Positions 1 to 9,974 are shown, numbered from the stretch's first letter. The stretch: 64,000 nt of DNA from Spirochaetia bacterium (GCA_963666985.2 CAXXIA010000001.1:256001-320000), one strand, 5' to 3'. Notes: generated by a model not told the origin, from the sequence alone. A program made the numbers and translations.

Positions 1-796
1 GAACAACATGAGGTTTTGTTATATTAATATTGAAGCAATGCGGAGAAAGCCTACGAAGATTTCTTTCAAGGTTCCGCAGTAAGTGCTGATTTTTCTTCAC
101 CTCTTGAATCATTGATGTTATCATAAGGGCATAAATCGCTTCATATTTTTCTTGCTGCGATATATAGGAGAATTCTATTTCGAATATTCTCTTTATTCTA
201 ATGGGTTTGTTTGCGTAGTCATCGTATCATTCACATCAGGGGCAAGTTTCTCAATATTTTTGTGGTAAGAGTATTTACAGGCGAAAAAGATCTTTTCCAA
301 ATTATCCTTTCATTACAAAGAATATGGAGTTTAAATCTTTAGAAGTATCCATGTACCGATTTTTCTCCCCGGGGCGATCTAACCAATAACAAGATAATTG
401 TAAAAATTATTGGTTTTGGTATTCCGGAAAGAGAATTGAATCAATGGTATGGTTTTCTTCTAAGGAGGCTGTTTTAGTTATAACTGAAGGATATTCAATG
501 CTATAATGTTTGAGAAATACTATTTTGGGAGGTTCCTCAGAAATTCCTACAAAAATGAAATTGAAGGAGAGGTTCCCTGAAGCGTGTATTGCGGATATTT
601 TTGAAGAATTTATCGATGAAAAGATACAATGCTGTTAATTCAAAGCGGTTTCTCCGGATTGCTTCTATTCAAATTTAAAACTTTCATGAGGAACGGCTTT
701 TGGATACGTCTATTTTTTTAAGACGCGAAATTCAACTTATCATTTATCTTCCTCAAGGGGGATAAATGTCCACGCCATGTTTTAGGAGTATTCGAA

Positions 797-2656
797 GTGA
801 AGCCCGTTATCGCAGTGATGAGCTATGGTGAATTGACATGTATTGTAGAGAAAAATAAATATAAGTTTTTAGAAAAAGTTGATATAAAAATAATCGATTC
901 TCTGCTTTCGGATGCAATAAAAACAGCTCAGGAGATGGAAGAAAAGCGGGAAGCGGATGTTTTTGTCTGCTCGGGGAATTCCCGTTTATCACGTTTTGTA
1001 AGCAATCCTTTTATTGAAATCAGAGCTACCGGTTATGATTTGCTTATAGCTCTGAAAAAGGCAAGGGAATATTCTGATCGGGTTGTAATCATGGTGCATG
1101 CTGATAATCGCATCTGTTATTTGGATGAGATTTCGGACATGTTTTCCATTTCCATAGTCCCGCTGACTTATAATAACAATGATGAAATCAGAGAAGTCTT
1201 GTCCAAACTGGTCCTTGACGGCATTAATAATGTAATAGGATCCGGTATTGTCGTGGAAATTGGAAGAGAGCTCGGAATCAACTCGACTCTGATTTATTCC
1301 GAGGATTCCGTGAGAACCGCTCTGGATACGGCAACCAATATTGCCCTTTCAAAAAAGGCGGAGACTGAAAAAGCCGAACGTTTTCGGAAGATAATGGATT
1401 TCTCTTATGAAGGTATCATCGCGACGGACGAGAACGGCATGGTTACGGTTATCAATCCTGCGGCCGAGAAGATACTGAAAATTAATAAAGAATCGATAAC
1501 CGGCAATCCCATACAGAATGTATTTTTGAATAACGAGTTTGAAGAAGTTATTAAAGAAGCAAAAAAGATAACCAACAGAATCCAGACGGTTGGAGATATT
1601 GAAATCCTGGGAAATATTGTTCCCTTTCTATTCAAAAATGAAATATCCGGTGCGGTCGCCACTTTTCAGAATTTCAATACGATACAGAAAGCGGAAGAAC
1701 AGATTAGAAAAAAACAGCACGAAAAGGGCCTTTTTGCCAAGTCCACGTTCAAAGATATACTCGGTCACAGTAATCCCGCAACCGAATGTAAAAGCCGGGC
1801 CTTTCTCTTTGCGAAAAGTGATTCGACTTTATTGATAACAGGAGAATCCGGAACAGGAAAAGAACTCTTCGCCCAGAGCATTCACAATGCGGGAAACAGG
1901 GCATTGAAGCCTTTTGTTGCCATAAACTGCCAGGCTCTGACCGATACTTTGCTGGAGAGTGAACTCTTCGGGTATGAAGACGGGGCTTTTACCGGAGCGA
2001 AGAAAGGCGGAAAGCCGGGTTTTTTTGAGCTTGCTCACAACGGTACCATTTTCCTCGATGAAATCGGAGAGATACCCCCCATGCTTCAATCCAGATTGTT
2101 GCGTGTTCTTGAAGAGCGGGAGGTTATGAGGATCGGAGGGAGTAAGATTATCCCCGTCAACATACGGGTTCTTGCGGCGACAAATGTAGACCTTCTTAAA
2201 AGAGTCTATCAGGGGAAATTTCGTCAGGACCTTTTCTACAGGCTGAATGTACTTGAACTTGATATTCCGCCTTTACGTATGAGGAAAAAAGATCTTCCTC
2301 TACTGGTTTCACGATTTCTCTCGGATTTCAGAAAAGATTTGAATGACGATGAGATAGCTGAAATTGCGAATAATCCGATGTTTTATTCTTACGATTGGCC
2401 AGGGAATATCCGAGAACTCAAAAATATTGTAGAGCGATTTGCCGTTTTATATGACACTACGATTTCCGCATCGGATCTGCTGGACAGTATTTTTTCGAAA
2501 CAGCTCCGTCATCGTTCTGTTGTAAGTGATGAATACACTGAAATTGCCCGTGTTCTGGATGAATTTAAGGGGAATAAAACCGAAGCGGCAAAACACCTCG
2601 GCATGAGCAGGACCACCTTGTGGAAAAAACTAAAGGAATATGCGTTCATTTCGTGA
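797..2656 (+). CDS. Sigma-54-dependent transcriptional activator, PrpR-like (N-terminal sensor, PAS, AAA+, Fis-type HTH)
   Basis: Walker A GESGTGKE, intact GAFTGA, Walker B FLDEIGE, WPGNIREL, and C-terminal HTH NKTEAAKHLGMSRTTLWKK. AGGAG lies upstream of the GTG start. Confidence 0.93.
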   Translation: MKPVIAVMSYGELTCIVEKNKYKFLEKVDIKIIDSLLSDAIKTAQEMEEKREADVFVCSGNSRLSRFVSNPFIEIRATGYDLLIALKKAREYSDRVVIMVHADNRICYLDEISDMFSISIVPLTYNNNDEIREVLSKLVLDGINNVIGSGIVVEIGRELGINSTLIYSEDSVRTALDTATNIALSKKAETEKAERFRKIMDFSYEGIIATDENGMVTVINPAAEKILKINKESITGNPIQNVFLNNEFEEVIKEAKKITNRIQTVGDIEILGNIVPFLFKNEISGAVATFQNFNTIQKAEEQIRKKQHEKGLFAKSTFKDILGHSNPATECKSRAFLFAKSDSTLLITGESGTGKELFAQSIHNAGNRALKPFVAINCQALTDTLLESELFGYEDGAFTGAKKGGKPGFFELAHNGTIFLDEIGEIPPMLQSRLLRVLEEREVMRIGGSKIIPVNIRVLAATNVDLLKRVYQGKFRQDLFYRLNVLELDIPPLRMRKKDLPLLVSRFLSDFRKDLNDDEIAEIANNPMFYSYDWPGNIRELKNIVERFAVLYDTTISASDLLDSIFSKQLRHRSVVSDEYTEIARVLDEFKGNKTEAAKHLGMSRTTLWKKLKEYAFIS

Positions 2657-2691
2657 ACGAAAATGAACAATGTCTGAACGATCGATAAACA
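2643..2691. promoter_or_regulatory. Candidate upstream activator sequence for the sigma-54 activator
   Basis: Palindrome CGTTCA-N5-TGAACG (2643-2659), followed by TGAACA/TGAACG/TAAACA at 2664, 2675 and 2686 (10-11 bp phasing). Lies ~160-200 bp upstream of the -24/-12 promoter. Confidence 0.55.
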
Positions 2692-2849
2692 ATAACAAAT
2701 TTTCTTCCGTTCCGGAATCCGAATCCGTTTCTCTTCACTTGTTTGTGAGGGCCTCAATTCATTACATAATGAGTAGAAAACCAAGAAAAAAAGTATTTAT
2801 ATAAGAAAGAAAACTTTTTTTAATGAATTATCCTTTGCTTCCTGTGTGT

Positions 2850-2865
2850 TGGTACGGTTCCTGCT
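2850..2865 (+). promoter_or_regulatory. Sigma-54 (-24/-12) promoter
   Basis: TGGTACGGTTCCTGCT has GG-N10-GC spacing matching the TGGCAC-N5-TTGC consensus. It is preceded by an A/T tract and sits just downstream of a sigma-54 activator gene. Confidence 0.8.
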
Positions 2866-2978
2866 TTATTTCTTAAGTTATTCCAAAATATGATAAACCG
2901 GTATTTGAGATGTGAAGTCATTCCGTCTCAAGGTTATGGTTTCTGCCTATCCAAATGATCAGTTGGGATAAGGGGATT

Positions 2979-3540
2979 ATGAAAGAATTAAACCATGTTA
3001 TGTGTCCAATTTAAAATCGGAAACATAACTGAAAATAGAATCGAACTCACTCCTCTTTGTCCTATGCCGACATTGTTTGGCGGTTTTGTTGCACAGGAGA
3101 TGATAGGGTTTTGCAAAAAAACTCTCAGAGGTATTGTGAGGCTATTAATCATCGGTGAAAGCTTTTTTAATTCCGAGTATGAAAAAGATCATGAGCTTCA
3201 GCAGGCCAGAAGGGTAGAAAAGATAACGGTTCTCAGTGAGCTCAATTCCCAAATCCTATCAATCGAAAGGCAGAGAAAGCATCTGCCTATTCCGGCAGAA
3301 TACGGTGTGTTTTTCATTCCTGAAACGCACATGAAAGAAATCTATAAAAATGGTATCGCGGTAACGAATGCATCTGAACGGAAAATTGCGCTTGCCGTAG
3401 ATTCAATCATCATTTCTATTGGATTCACTTCACGTGAAAAAGCTGTTGAAAAAGCAATTGATAAAGCTTTTAACCTATACCCGGCGGTGACAGTTTTAAA
3501 CGGAAGACTCTATGAGGATAGAGATTCACGGAGGATTTGA
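2979..3540 (+). pseudogene. Decayed NADH:flavin oxidoreductase (Old Yellow Enzyme / 2,4-dienoyl-CoA reductase family)
   Basis: SD AGGGG and ATG at 2979 read MKELNHVMCPI, then a +1 frameshift into KIGNITENRIELTPLCP...GFVAQEMIGF...LLIIGE (OYE N-terminus). This joins almost directly to a C-terminal FAD-domain-like piece (KEIYKNGIAV...AVDSIIISIGF). Most of the protein is missing. Confidence 0.7.
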
Positions 3541-3677
3541 TACGGTTCCTAGAAACTGATGAATAGAGTCGGGATTAAGAAACTTTTCAAAGGAGGTGCT
3601 CCGATTTTAAAGGATGTTTAATGGGTTGTGTAGCTACCTTTAATGATTCTAAACGCATAATGAATAAGGAGATGTAA

Positions 3678-4757
3678 ATGCGAAAAGTCAGTATGGTCCT
3701 AATGGTTTCTTTGTTTATGGCTTTTGCCGTTCTCAGCGGCTGTTCAAAGTCGGAATCGGAGGGTTCGGCTGAAGCTGCCGAAGTGAAGGCAGCGGATACT
3801 GTTGTTCTGAAGTTCAACAATTTCATGCCTGATGCAACACCACCGGCTCTTGCCTGTAAGGAAGCCTGTGAAATGATTGAAAAAAACTCGAACGGTGAAA
3901 TTCGGGTGGAACAATATTACGGAGGAAACCTGCTGTCCTTCGACGATTCCATCCAGGGCATTGCGAATGGTGTCGTTGATATCGGGCTGGTAACCCAGGC
4001 TCTTATCGATACCACATTTACTCTGAACCACGTTTTTACGAGACCGTTGGAAGTTACTCCCCCGGACAATGCCAGAACAACGAAAGCGTATCAGGAGCTT
4101 ATTAAGATTGTTCCCGAACTGAATGAAGAACTGGCGAAACAGGGTGTCAGGTGGCTGTCTATTCAGTCTCTGCCTTCTTACAATCTGCATACCGTAAAAG
4201 ATGTTATTAAAACTCCCGATCAGGTAGCGGGTATGAAGCTCGAAACTCAGGGCGGTGTTGAGTACTGGACAAGTCTTAAAGCTGCGGCAATGGTTTTGAA
4301 TCCGGCAGATAATTACATGTCTTTGGAAAGGGGTCTTGTAAAAGGTCAGGTAAGCCACTGGGCGTTATTAAATATTTACAAAACAGGCGAACTTCTTAAG
4401 ACGCACACCATCTTTGGTGAAGGTGATGGGGGGCTGTACTGCCCCGCTATGGGTTATTTCATCAATCTTGATACCTGGAACAGCCTCTCCTCGGAGCACC
4501 AGGTAATCATCGAAGACGCTTTCATTTTTGCATGTGACAAAACTGTTGAGTATGATGCCGCTCCGATTATCAATGAAAAGAAAGTTGCGGAAGAACGCGG
4601 AGATGACTTTGTCTATCTCACCGGTGATACTTTGCAGCCATGGATTGATGCGATGAAGCCATTGAACAAAGCGTGGATTGACGATCTGGAAAGCCAGGGA
4701 CTGGCGGCCCGGAAAGCTTATGGTGAATTGATGCGGTTACTGGAGAAATACAAGTAG
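3678..4757 (+). CDS. dctP: TRAP transporter substrate-binding lipoprotein (DctP family)
   Basis: Lipobox-like LSGC, EQYYGGNLL, IKTPDQVAGMK, YMSLERGLV. SD AGGAG. Followed by dctQ and dctM. Confidence 0.9.
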   Translation: MRKVSMVLMVSLFMAFAVLSGCSKSESEGSAEAAEVKAADTVVLKFNNFMPDATPPALACKEACEMIEKNSNGEIRVEQYYGGNLLSFDDSIQGIANGVVDIGLVTQALIDTTFTLNHVFTRPLEVTPPDNARTTKAYQELIKIVPELNEELAKQGVRWLSIQSLPSYNLHTVKDVIKTPDQVAGMKLETQGGVEYWTSLKAAAMVLNPADNYMSLERGLVKGQVSHWALLNIYKTGELLKTHTIFGEGDGGLYCPAMGYFINLDTWNSLSSEHQVIIEDAFIFACDKTVEYDAAPIINEKKVAEERGDDFVYLTGDTLQPWIDAMKPLNKAWIDDLESQGLAARKAYGELMRLLEKYK

Positions 4758-4766
4758 TAACAATAT

Positions 4767-4818
4767 GGAGAACGGACAGACGGAAGAGAGCAAAATCGGC
4801 TTTAGTCTGTCCTTCTCC
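4767..4818 (+). other. Intercistronic stem-loop after dctP
   Basis: GGAGAA(c)GGACAGAC pairs with GTCTGTCC-TTCTCC. There is no U-tract, and the position is typical of an mRNA-stabilising hairpin after a binding-protein gene. Confidence 0.55.
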
Positions 4819-4866
4819 AAATAACCGACATGATTGGTTTTGGCCCTTAAAGTATGGAGGATCGAC

Positions 4867-5346
4867 ATGAAAAATGTCGTGAAAGTAATCGATTGGATTG
4901 TTGATAAAAGTATTTATCTTGGATGCACAGCTGTAGTTTTGATGATGATGACTACGGTTGTTGATGTCGTATTACGTTTTTTTAAGCATCCGCTGAAAGG
5001 CAGTATGGAAATAACGACTGCCCTTATGGTGTGCGTGGTTTTTTTTGGAATGGGACGGTGTTCTCTTCTGGATCTGCATATGAAAGTTGATATTTTTAAG
5101 AAATTTCCCTGGCTCGACAAGGTAAACAAGCTTATTACGACAGCCCTCTGTCTTATTATATGTTGGCAGACGATTATTCAGGCGTTTAAAGCGCAGTCTC
5201 TGAATTCAGTCAGCCAATTATTGAGAATACCCAAATATCCTTTTGTTTTTGTCGCCGCGTACGGTTTTCTGATTATCGCCGCGGCTTTGATTTCAGAATT
5301 CATCCATAACATCATAAGTCGCAAACAGCATGGGGGGGATGCGTGA
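4867..5346 (+). CDS. dctQ: TRAP transporter small permease
   Basis: Four hydrophobic segments, VDVVLRFF, HMKVDIF. GGAGG SD supports the ATG at 4867. Confidence 0.88.
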   Translation: MKNVVKVIDWIVDKSIYLGCTAVVLMMMTTVVDVVLRFFKHPLKGSMEITTALMVCVVFFGMGRCSLLDLHMKVDIFKKFPWLDKVNKLITTALCLIICWQTIIQAFKAQSLNSVSQLLRIPKYPFVFVAAYGFLIIAAALISEFIHNIISRKQHGGDA

Positions 5347-6650
5347 GCCCGGAAGTAATCGGAACGATTGGTTTAGTAATTCTTGTAATACTCCTTTTTT
5401 CACGAATGTGGATAGGAGCGACAATGCTGCTGGTAGGATTTCTCGGCTGCATTTTACTCGGAGGCTTCAAGTCCGCGGCAACCCTCATCGGTATGGTGCC
5501 CTACAGCGAAAGTGCCAGTTATACAATGGCATGCCTGCCTTTGTTTGTAATGATGGGACTAATTATATCCGTAACCGGTCTTGGAGGAGATCTCTACAAG
5601 GCCGCCAGTAATTGGATAGGGCATATGAAAGGCGGTCTGGCTATCGCTACCACTCTTGCCTGCGGCGTATTTGCCGCGGTCTGCGGCGACAGCATGACTT
5701 CGGCTGTAACCATGAGCAAAGTTGCCTTTCCCGAGATGAAAAAATATAAGTATGACGATGGTCTGGCGGCGAGTTGTATTACTGCCGGCGGTACGATCGG
5801 CATTCTTATTCCGCCGAGTGTCGGTTTTATTATTTACGGTCTTATCACAGAGCAATCGATTGGCAAACTGTTTATAGCAGGTGTTATTCCCGGAATACTT
5901 CAGGTTGTATTCTATATAGTAACAATCAGTGTCCTTTGTCACATAAATCCAAAGTTGAGTACGACGGCACCGAAAGTCAACATGAAAGAACGGGTCAGTT
6001 CCCTGAAGACGGTCTGGCCGGTGCTTGTTATTTTCATAGTAATTGTCGTTGGTATTTATGGAGGAATCGTTACTCCCACGGAGGCGGCTTCTCTTGGTGC
6101 TTTCACCGCTTTGGTAGTCGGTCTGGTATTGAAAAGATTATCGAAAGATAAATTACTCTATGCAGTGAATGAAGCCGTACAGACAACGGCAATGATTTTC
6201 TTTCTTGTAATCGGTGCCCATGTTTTTACCCGGTTTATGGCATACAGTCATCTCCCCGCATCAATTGGAGAGGGTGTTATTGGGTTAAATACGATTTACC
6301 ATGTGCCCCGTTTCGCAATCATGGCGGGAATCATTCTGATGTATATCCTGCTTGGCTGCATCATGGATGTCATGGCGGCTATTTTTCTGACCTTGCCTAT
6401 TATTTATCCGGTCATTATCGGCTTAGGTTACGACCCGATTTGGTTCGGCGTTATTATGGTCAGAGTAATGGAAATCGGAATGATAACACCGCCTTTTGGA
6501 TTGAATCTTTTTATCGTTACAAGGACGAGCGGTGTTCCTATTAAAACACTCTATAAGGGAATTATGCCGTTTATTACTGCGGATATAATACATGTAATTC
6601 TTCTTCTTATTATTCCTGAGCTATCCTTATTCCTGCCCGGATTAATGTAA
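5343..6650 (+). CDS. dctM: TRAP transporter large permease
   Basis: GGTIGILIPPS, TPTEAA, IGMITPPFGLNLF. GTGA overlap with dctQ. Confidence 0.95.
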   Translation: MSPEVIGTIGLVILVILLFSRMWIGATMLLVGFLGCILLGGFKSAATLIGMVPYSESASYTMACLPLFVMMGLIISVTGLGGDLYKAASNWIGHMKGGLAIATTLACGVFAAVCGDSMTSAVTMSKVAFPEMKKYKYDDGLAASCITAGGTIGILIPPSVGFIIYGLITEQSIGKLFIAGVIPGILQVVFYIVTISVLCHINPKLSTTAPKVNMKERVSSLKTVWPVLVIFIVIVVGIYGGIVTPTEAASLGAFTALVVGLVLKRLSKDKLLYAVNEAVQTTAMIFFLVIGAHVFTRFMAYSHLPASIGEGVIGLNTIYHVPRFAIMAGIILMYILLGCIMDVMAAIFLTLPIIYPVIIGLGYDPIWFGVIMVRVMEIGMITPPFGLNLFIVTRTSGVPIKTLYKGIMPFITADIIHVILLLIIPELSLFLPGLM

Positions 6651-6663
6651 AGATTCTGCAGTT

Positions 6664-6894
6664 ATGAACAATAACGTTTTAGAGGAAAACATATGTAAAT
6701 TAAAGGTGGATTGTACGAGCAAGGATTTTTCCCTTTTCAACGACAATCTTCCTGATAATCCGGTACTAAAAGAAAGAGTAATTCTTTCGAATTCTGGAAG
6801 GCTTCGTTCGGGCGGCATACGGCAGAACATCCGGGATAATTATGGATGGTCATGCATCCATCCTCTGCAATGGATTTCGGTGAAGAAATCCTGA
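6664..6894 (+). CDS. Short hypothetical ORF (possibly a gene remnant)
   Basis: 76-aa ORF filling the dctM to leuC-like gap. No recognisable motif and no clear SD. Confidence 0.25.
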   Translation: MNNNVLEENICKLKVDCTSKDFSLFNDNLPDNPVLKERVILSNSGRLRSGGIRQNIRDNYGWSCIHPLQWISVKKS

Positions 6895-6919
6895 TGAAAG
6901 GGGGAATGAGGTAGAGCTA

Positions 6920-8179
6920 ATGGGTATGACCATGACAGAGAAAATACTCGCCGATCATTCGGGACAGCGGGTTGTAAAGGCCGGAGATACCGTTACATGC
7001 AGAGTAGACCGGGCGGTCCTCCATGACATGTTTTTTTCCGTAGGCGGACAGGCGGACTTGTATGTCATGAAGAAGCTTTTCAATCCCGAAAGATGTGTCG
7101 TTGTAATGGATCATGCTGTTCCGGCACCAACGGTATATGATGCGGAAGCCGGGGTGAAAATTAGAAAATTTGTCGAACGCCATGGCATTAAACACTTTTT
7201 TGATGTTGGAAATCACGGTGTGATTCATCAGATCCTGGCGGAAAAGGGACTCGCCCTGCCGGGACAGCTTATAACCTGCGGAGATTCCCATACCATGGCT
7301 TCCGGAGCTTTTAACTGTGCCTCCCGCGGCATGGGACCGGTCGATATGGTCTATGTTTTTTGTATGGGAGAAACATGGTTCCAGGTCGGACCAACCATTC
7401 TCTATAACCTTACGGGAAAACTTTCCGACATGGTTACGGGAAAGGATATCTTCCTGTACATTGCCGGAACCTATGGCGAAGTAACAAATAAGAATGTCGA
7501 GTTCGGTGGGGCGGGTATTGAAAATCTTCCTTTATCGGAAAGACAGAGCATTACGACGATGTGTGCGGAAATAAACGCCGATTTTGCCGTTTTCCCCTTT
7601 GATCGGCAGGTGGAAGACTATCTGAAGAACCGGGCTGTGGAACCGTTCTCTCCGGTAAAAAGTGATCCGGATGCCGAATATGAAGATATCCGGACTATCG
7701 ATCTCGACAAAATGGAACCGTATGTCGCTCTTCCTCATTTTATTCCGGGAAATTGTAAACCCGTGAACGAAGTTGAAGGAATGAATATCAATCAAGCAAT
7801 CATTGGTTCCTGTTCCAACGGACGCCTTCAGGATCTGAAAACTGCCGCCAGGATTGTAAAGGGAAAAAAGATAGCTCAGGGTGTGAGATTGATTATAACT
7901 CCGGCATCTCAGGCGGTTTACCGTGAAGCAATCCAGGACGGCTGTATTACCACTCTTCTTGATGCGGGAGCTGTAATTACCAACCCGACCTGCGGGGCCT
8001 GTTACGGCGGACATATGGGATTGATCGGTACCGGTGAGCGCTGTTTGGCTACAACAACCAGAAATTTTAAAGGAAGAATGGGCAGCGCCGACAGCGAGGT
8101 TATGCTTGCTTCTCCGGCAACGGTAGCCGCTTCCGCGTTAACCGGCAAAATTACCGATCCCCGTCGGATTGTGCTTTAG
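6920..8179 (+). CDS. Aconitase-family hydratase/isomerase large subunit (LeuC/HacA/DmdA type)
   Basis: MGMTMTEKILA start, DHAVP, GDSHT, and [4Fe-4S] Cys motifs GSCSNGR and CGACYG, plus TTRNFKGRMG. Confidence 0.93.
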   Translation: MGMTMTEKILADHSGQRVVKAGDTVTCRVDRAVLHDMFFSVGGQADLYVMKKLFNPERCVVVMDHAVPAPTVYDAEAGVKIRKFVERHGIKHFFDVGNHGVIHQILAEKGLALPGQLITCGDSHTMASGAFNCASRGMGPVDMVYVFCMGETWFQVGPTILYNLTGKLSDMVTGKDIFLYIAGTYGEVTNKNVEFGGAGIENLPLSERQSITTMCAEINADFAVFPFDRQVEDYLKNRAVEPFSPVKSDPDAEYEDIRTIDLDKMEPYVALPHFIPGNCKPVNEVEGMNINQAIIGSCSNGRLQDLKTAARIVKGKKIAQGVRLIITPASQAVYREAIQDGCITTLLDAGAVITNPTCGACYGGHMGLIGTGERCLATTTRNFKGRMGSADSEVMLASPATVAASALTGKITDPRRIVL

Positions 8180-8191
8180 CGAGGTGATGGA

Positions 8192-8683
8192 ATGGTAATA
8201 AAAGGAAAAGTATGGAAATTCGGAGATGATATCAATACGGATTTGATTTTTCCTCATTCGGCATTCCGGGTTCCAGCGGAGGAACAGATTAAATATGTTT
8301 TCAGCGGCAACCGACCCGGATGGGCGGATGAGGTAAAGCCGACGGACATTATTGTTTCGGGACGTAATTTCGGAACAGGGTCGAGCAGACCCGGCGCGGC
8401 ACTATTTAAACGTCTACAGCTTGGTGCCCTGGTTTCCGAAAGCATCAACGGTCTTTTTTTCCGAAACTGCATCAGCTACGGTCTTCCCGCACTGCAATGT
8501 GAGGGAGTGGCTGAAGCCTTTGAGGAAGGTGATGAAGCCGAGGTGAATTTGGAAGAAGGAACGGTTGAAAATTGCAGAACAGGAAAGGTCCTTCAGGGAA
8601 TGAAACTGTCGGGTTTGATGATTGATATCATCAAGCAGGGCGGAATTGAACAACTTTTACGAAAGAATGGGTCCATTGAGTAG
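8192..8683 (+). CDS. Aconitase-family hydratase small subunit (LeuD/HacB/DmdB type)
   Basis: GKVWKFGDDINTDLIFP, GRNFGTGSSR, FFRNCISYGLP. Confidence 0.93.
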   Translation: MVIKGKVWKFGDDINTDLIFPHSAFRVPAEEQIKYVFSGNRPGWADEVKPTDIIVSGRNFGTGSSRPGAALFKRLQLGALVSESINGLFFRNCISYGLPALQCEGVAEAFEEGDEAEVNLEEGTVENCRTGKVLQGMKLSGLMIDIIKQGGIEQLLRKNGSIE

Positions 8684-8912
8684 GGCATCATCATAAAAAA
8701 AACACCGGAAGGATTGCTCATAAGAAGCGGCTGTGATTATGGCTGCTCGCAGGGTATCCGGCAGCCATATGGTGAGAAAATGAGTAACGGAATCCCGATT
8801 TTTTTCTTGTCGAAAACTGTGGTGGACGCCGGATGATTATAGACGCCTTAGGGCTGATATTACGCGGCAATGAATAATTCAGAGATTTGGATATAAGGAG
8901 ACGTTAAGAGTT

Positions 8913-9722
8913 ATGAAAGGCATAGAATTATATGTTTTACGGAGCGGAATTATTACCGACATGCCGAAGGAAATGCTCATAAGGACCGGTGCGCCTGTAG
9001 ATCCGACGGATGTCGTACAGCTTCCGGTTCAGAGTTATGTGATCAAACATCCTGACGGCGTGATTCTTTATGATGCGGGTCACAGCAGGGAAGAACGTTA
9101 CTTTACTCCAACTCCGGAGAAAGCGAAACCGGCATGGTCCGTACCTGAAGAGGATGAGCTGCCGAACCAGCTTTCCAGGCTCGGAATTAATCCGAAAGAA
9201 GTAAAATGTGTTATCTGTTCCCATCTTCATATTGATCATACCGGCTATCTTGAGTATTTCACCAATGCCGAAATTATTACCAGTGAAGCGGAATTTGCCC
9301 ATATGGCCCAGATGCATGCTTTGGGAACGCTCGGCTATCCCTATGTGAATAAAGATTGGGAAGAATGGCTGAAAGCAAAACTGAACTGGCATCTCGTTGA
9401 AGATAACGAAGATGATATACAGCCTTTTAAGGGATTAAGGATATTCAATTTCGGTTCCGGTCATTCCTTCGGTATGCTCGGTCTTCTGGTGGAACTGGAA
9501 AAATATGGAAATGTTCTCTTGATTTCCGATGCTCTCTACTGCAGTGACAACTTGGGGCCGCCGGTAAAGGTTCCCGGATTTCTTGAAGATTACGACGGAT
9601 TTGTACAGACGGCGGAACGGATTGTAAGGCTGTCGAAACAGTACAACGCCGAAATTTGGTACGGACATGACATGGAGCAGTTTAAAGGTCTGACGCTCAT
9701 GGATGACGGCTTTTACAGCTGA
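8913..9722 (+). CDS. Metallo-beta-lactamase-fold lactonase (AiiA/AttM-like N-acyl homoserine lactonase family)
   Basis: HLHIDH (HxHxDH), GH, DALY and GHD metal/substrate motifs. SD AAGGAG. Confidence 0.88.
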   Translation: MKGIELYVLRSGIITDMPKEMLIRTGAPVDPTDVVQLPVQSYVIKHPDGVILYDAGHSREERYFTPTPEKAKPAWSVPEEDELPNQLSRLGINPKEVKCVICSHLHIDHTGYLEYFTNAEIITSEAEFAHMAQMHALGTLGYPYVNKDWEEWLKAKLNWHLVEDNEDDIQPFKGLRIFNFGSGHSFGMLGLLVELEKYGNVLLISDALYCSDNLGPPVKVPGFLEDYDGFVQTAERIVRLSKQYNAEIWYGHDMEQFKGLTLMDDGFYS

Positions 9723-9776
9723 TTTAGTGAAATTGTATATCTGCTGAAAAATTCAAGTGTGATATCCCGTAAATAG

Positions 9777-9806
9777 CTCCGGATGGATCGATCCATCCAT
9801 CCGGAG
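9777..9806. terminator. Hairpin between the convergent lactonase and MATE genes
   Basis: CTCCGGATGGAT-cgatcc-ATCCATCCGGAG, a perfect 12-bp stem. Confidence 0.65.
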
Positions 9807-9974
9807 TGTTCGAATTATGTCATTAGAACCGACTCTTTCTAAATCAACCATTCACCGGAATATACCTTAGTATTCTATGCTAATAGATGCTGATAAAAAT
9901 CAACGTATTAATTTCGTAGAGCTTGAAGCATAGCCGGAGACGAATCTTTATAAAATGTCCCTGGAATTGAACCC

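Noticed and set aside
1..700. AT-rich stretch with short protein-like fragments, possibly a decayed gene
   Set aside because: No ORF of 60 aa or more, and no family recognised in the frames I read. It needs BLASTX.
6920..8683. Calling these genes leuC and leuD of leucine biosynthesis
   Set aside because: No leuA or leuB nearby, the context is catabolic (TRAP, sigma-54), and the small-subunit motifs are atypical.
8913..9722. Quorum-quenching or antibiotic-resistance role for the MBL-fold protein
   Set aside because: Family motifs do not fix the substrate, there is no signal peptide, and operon context favours catabolism.
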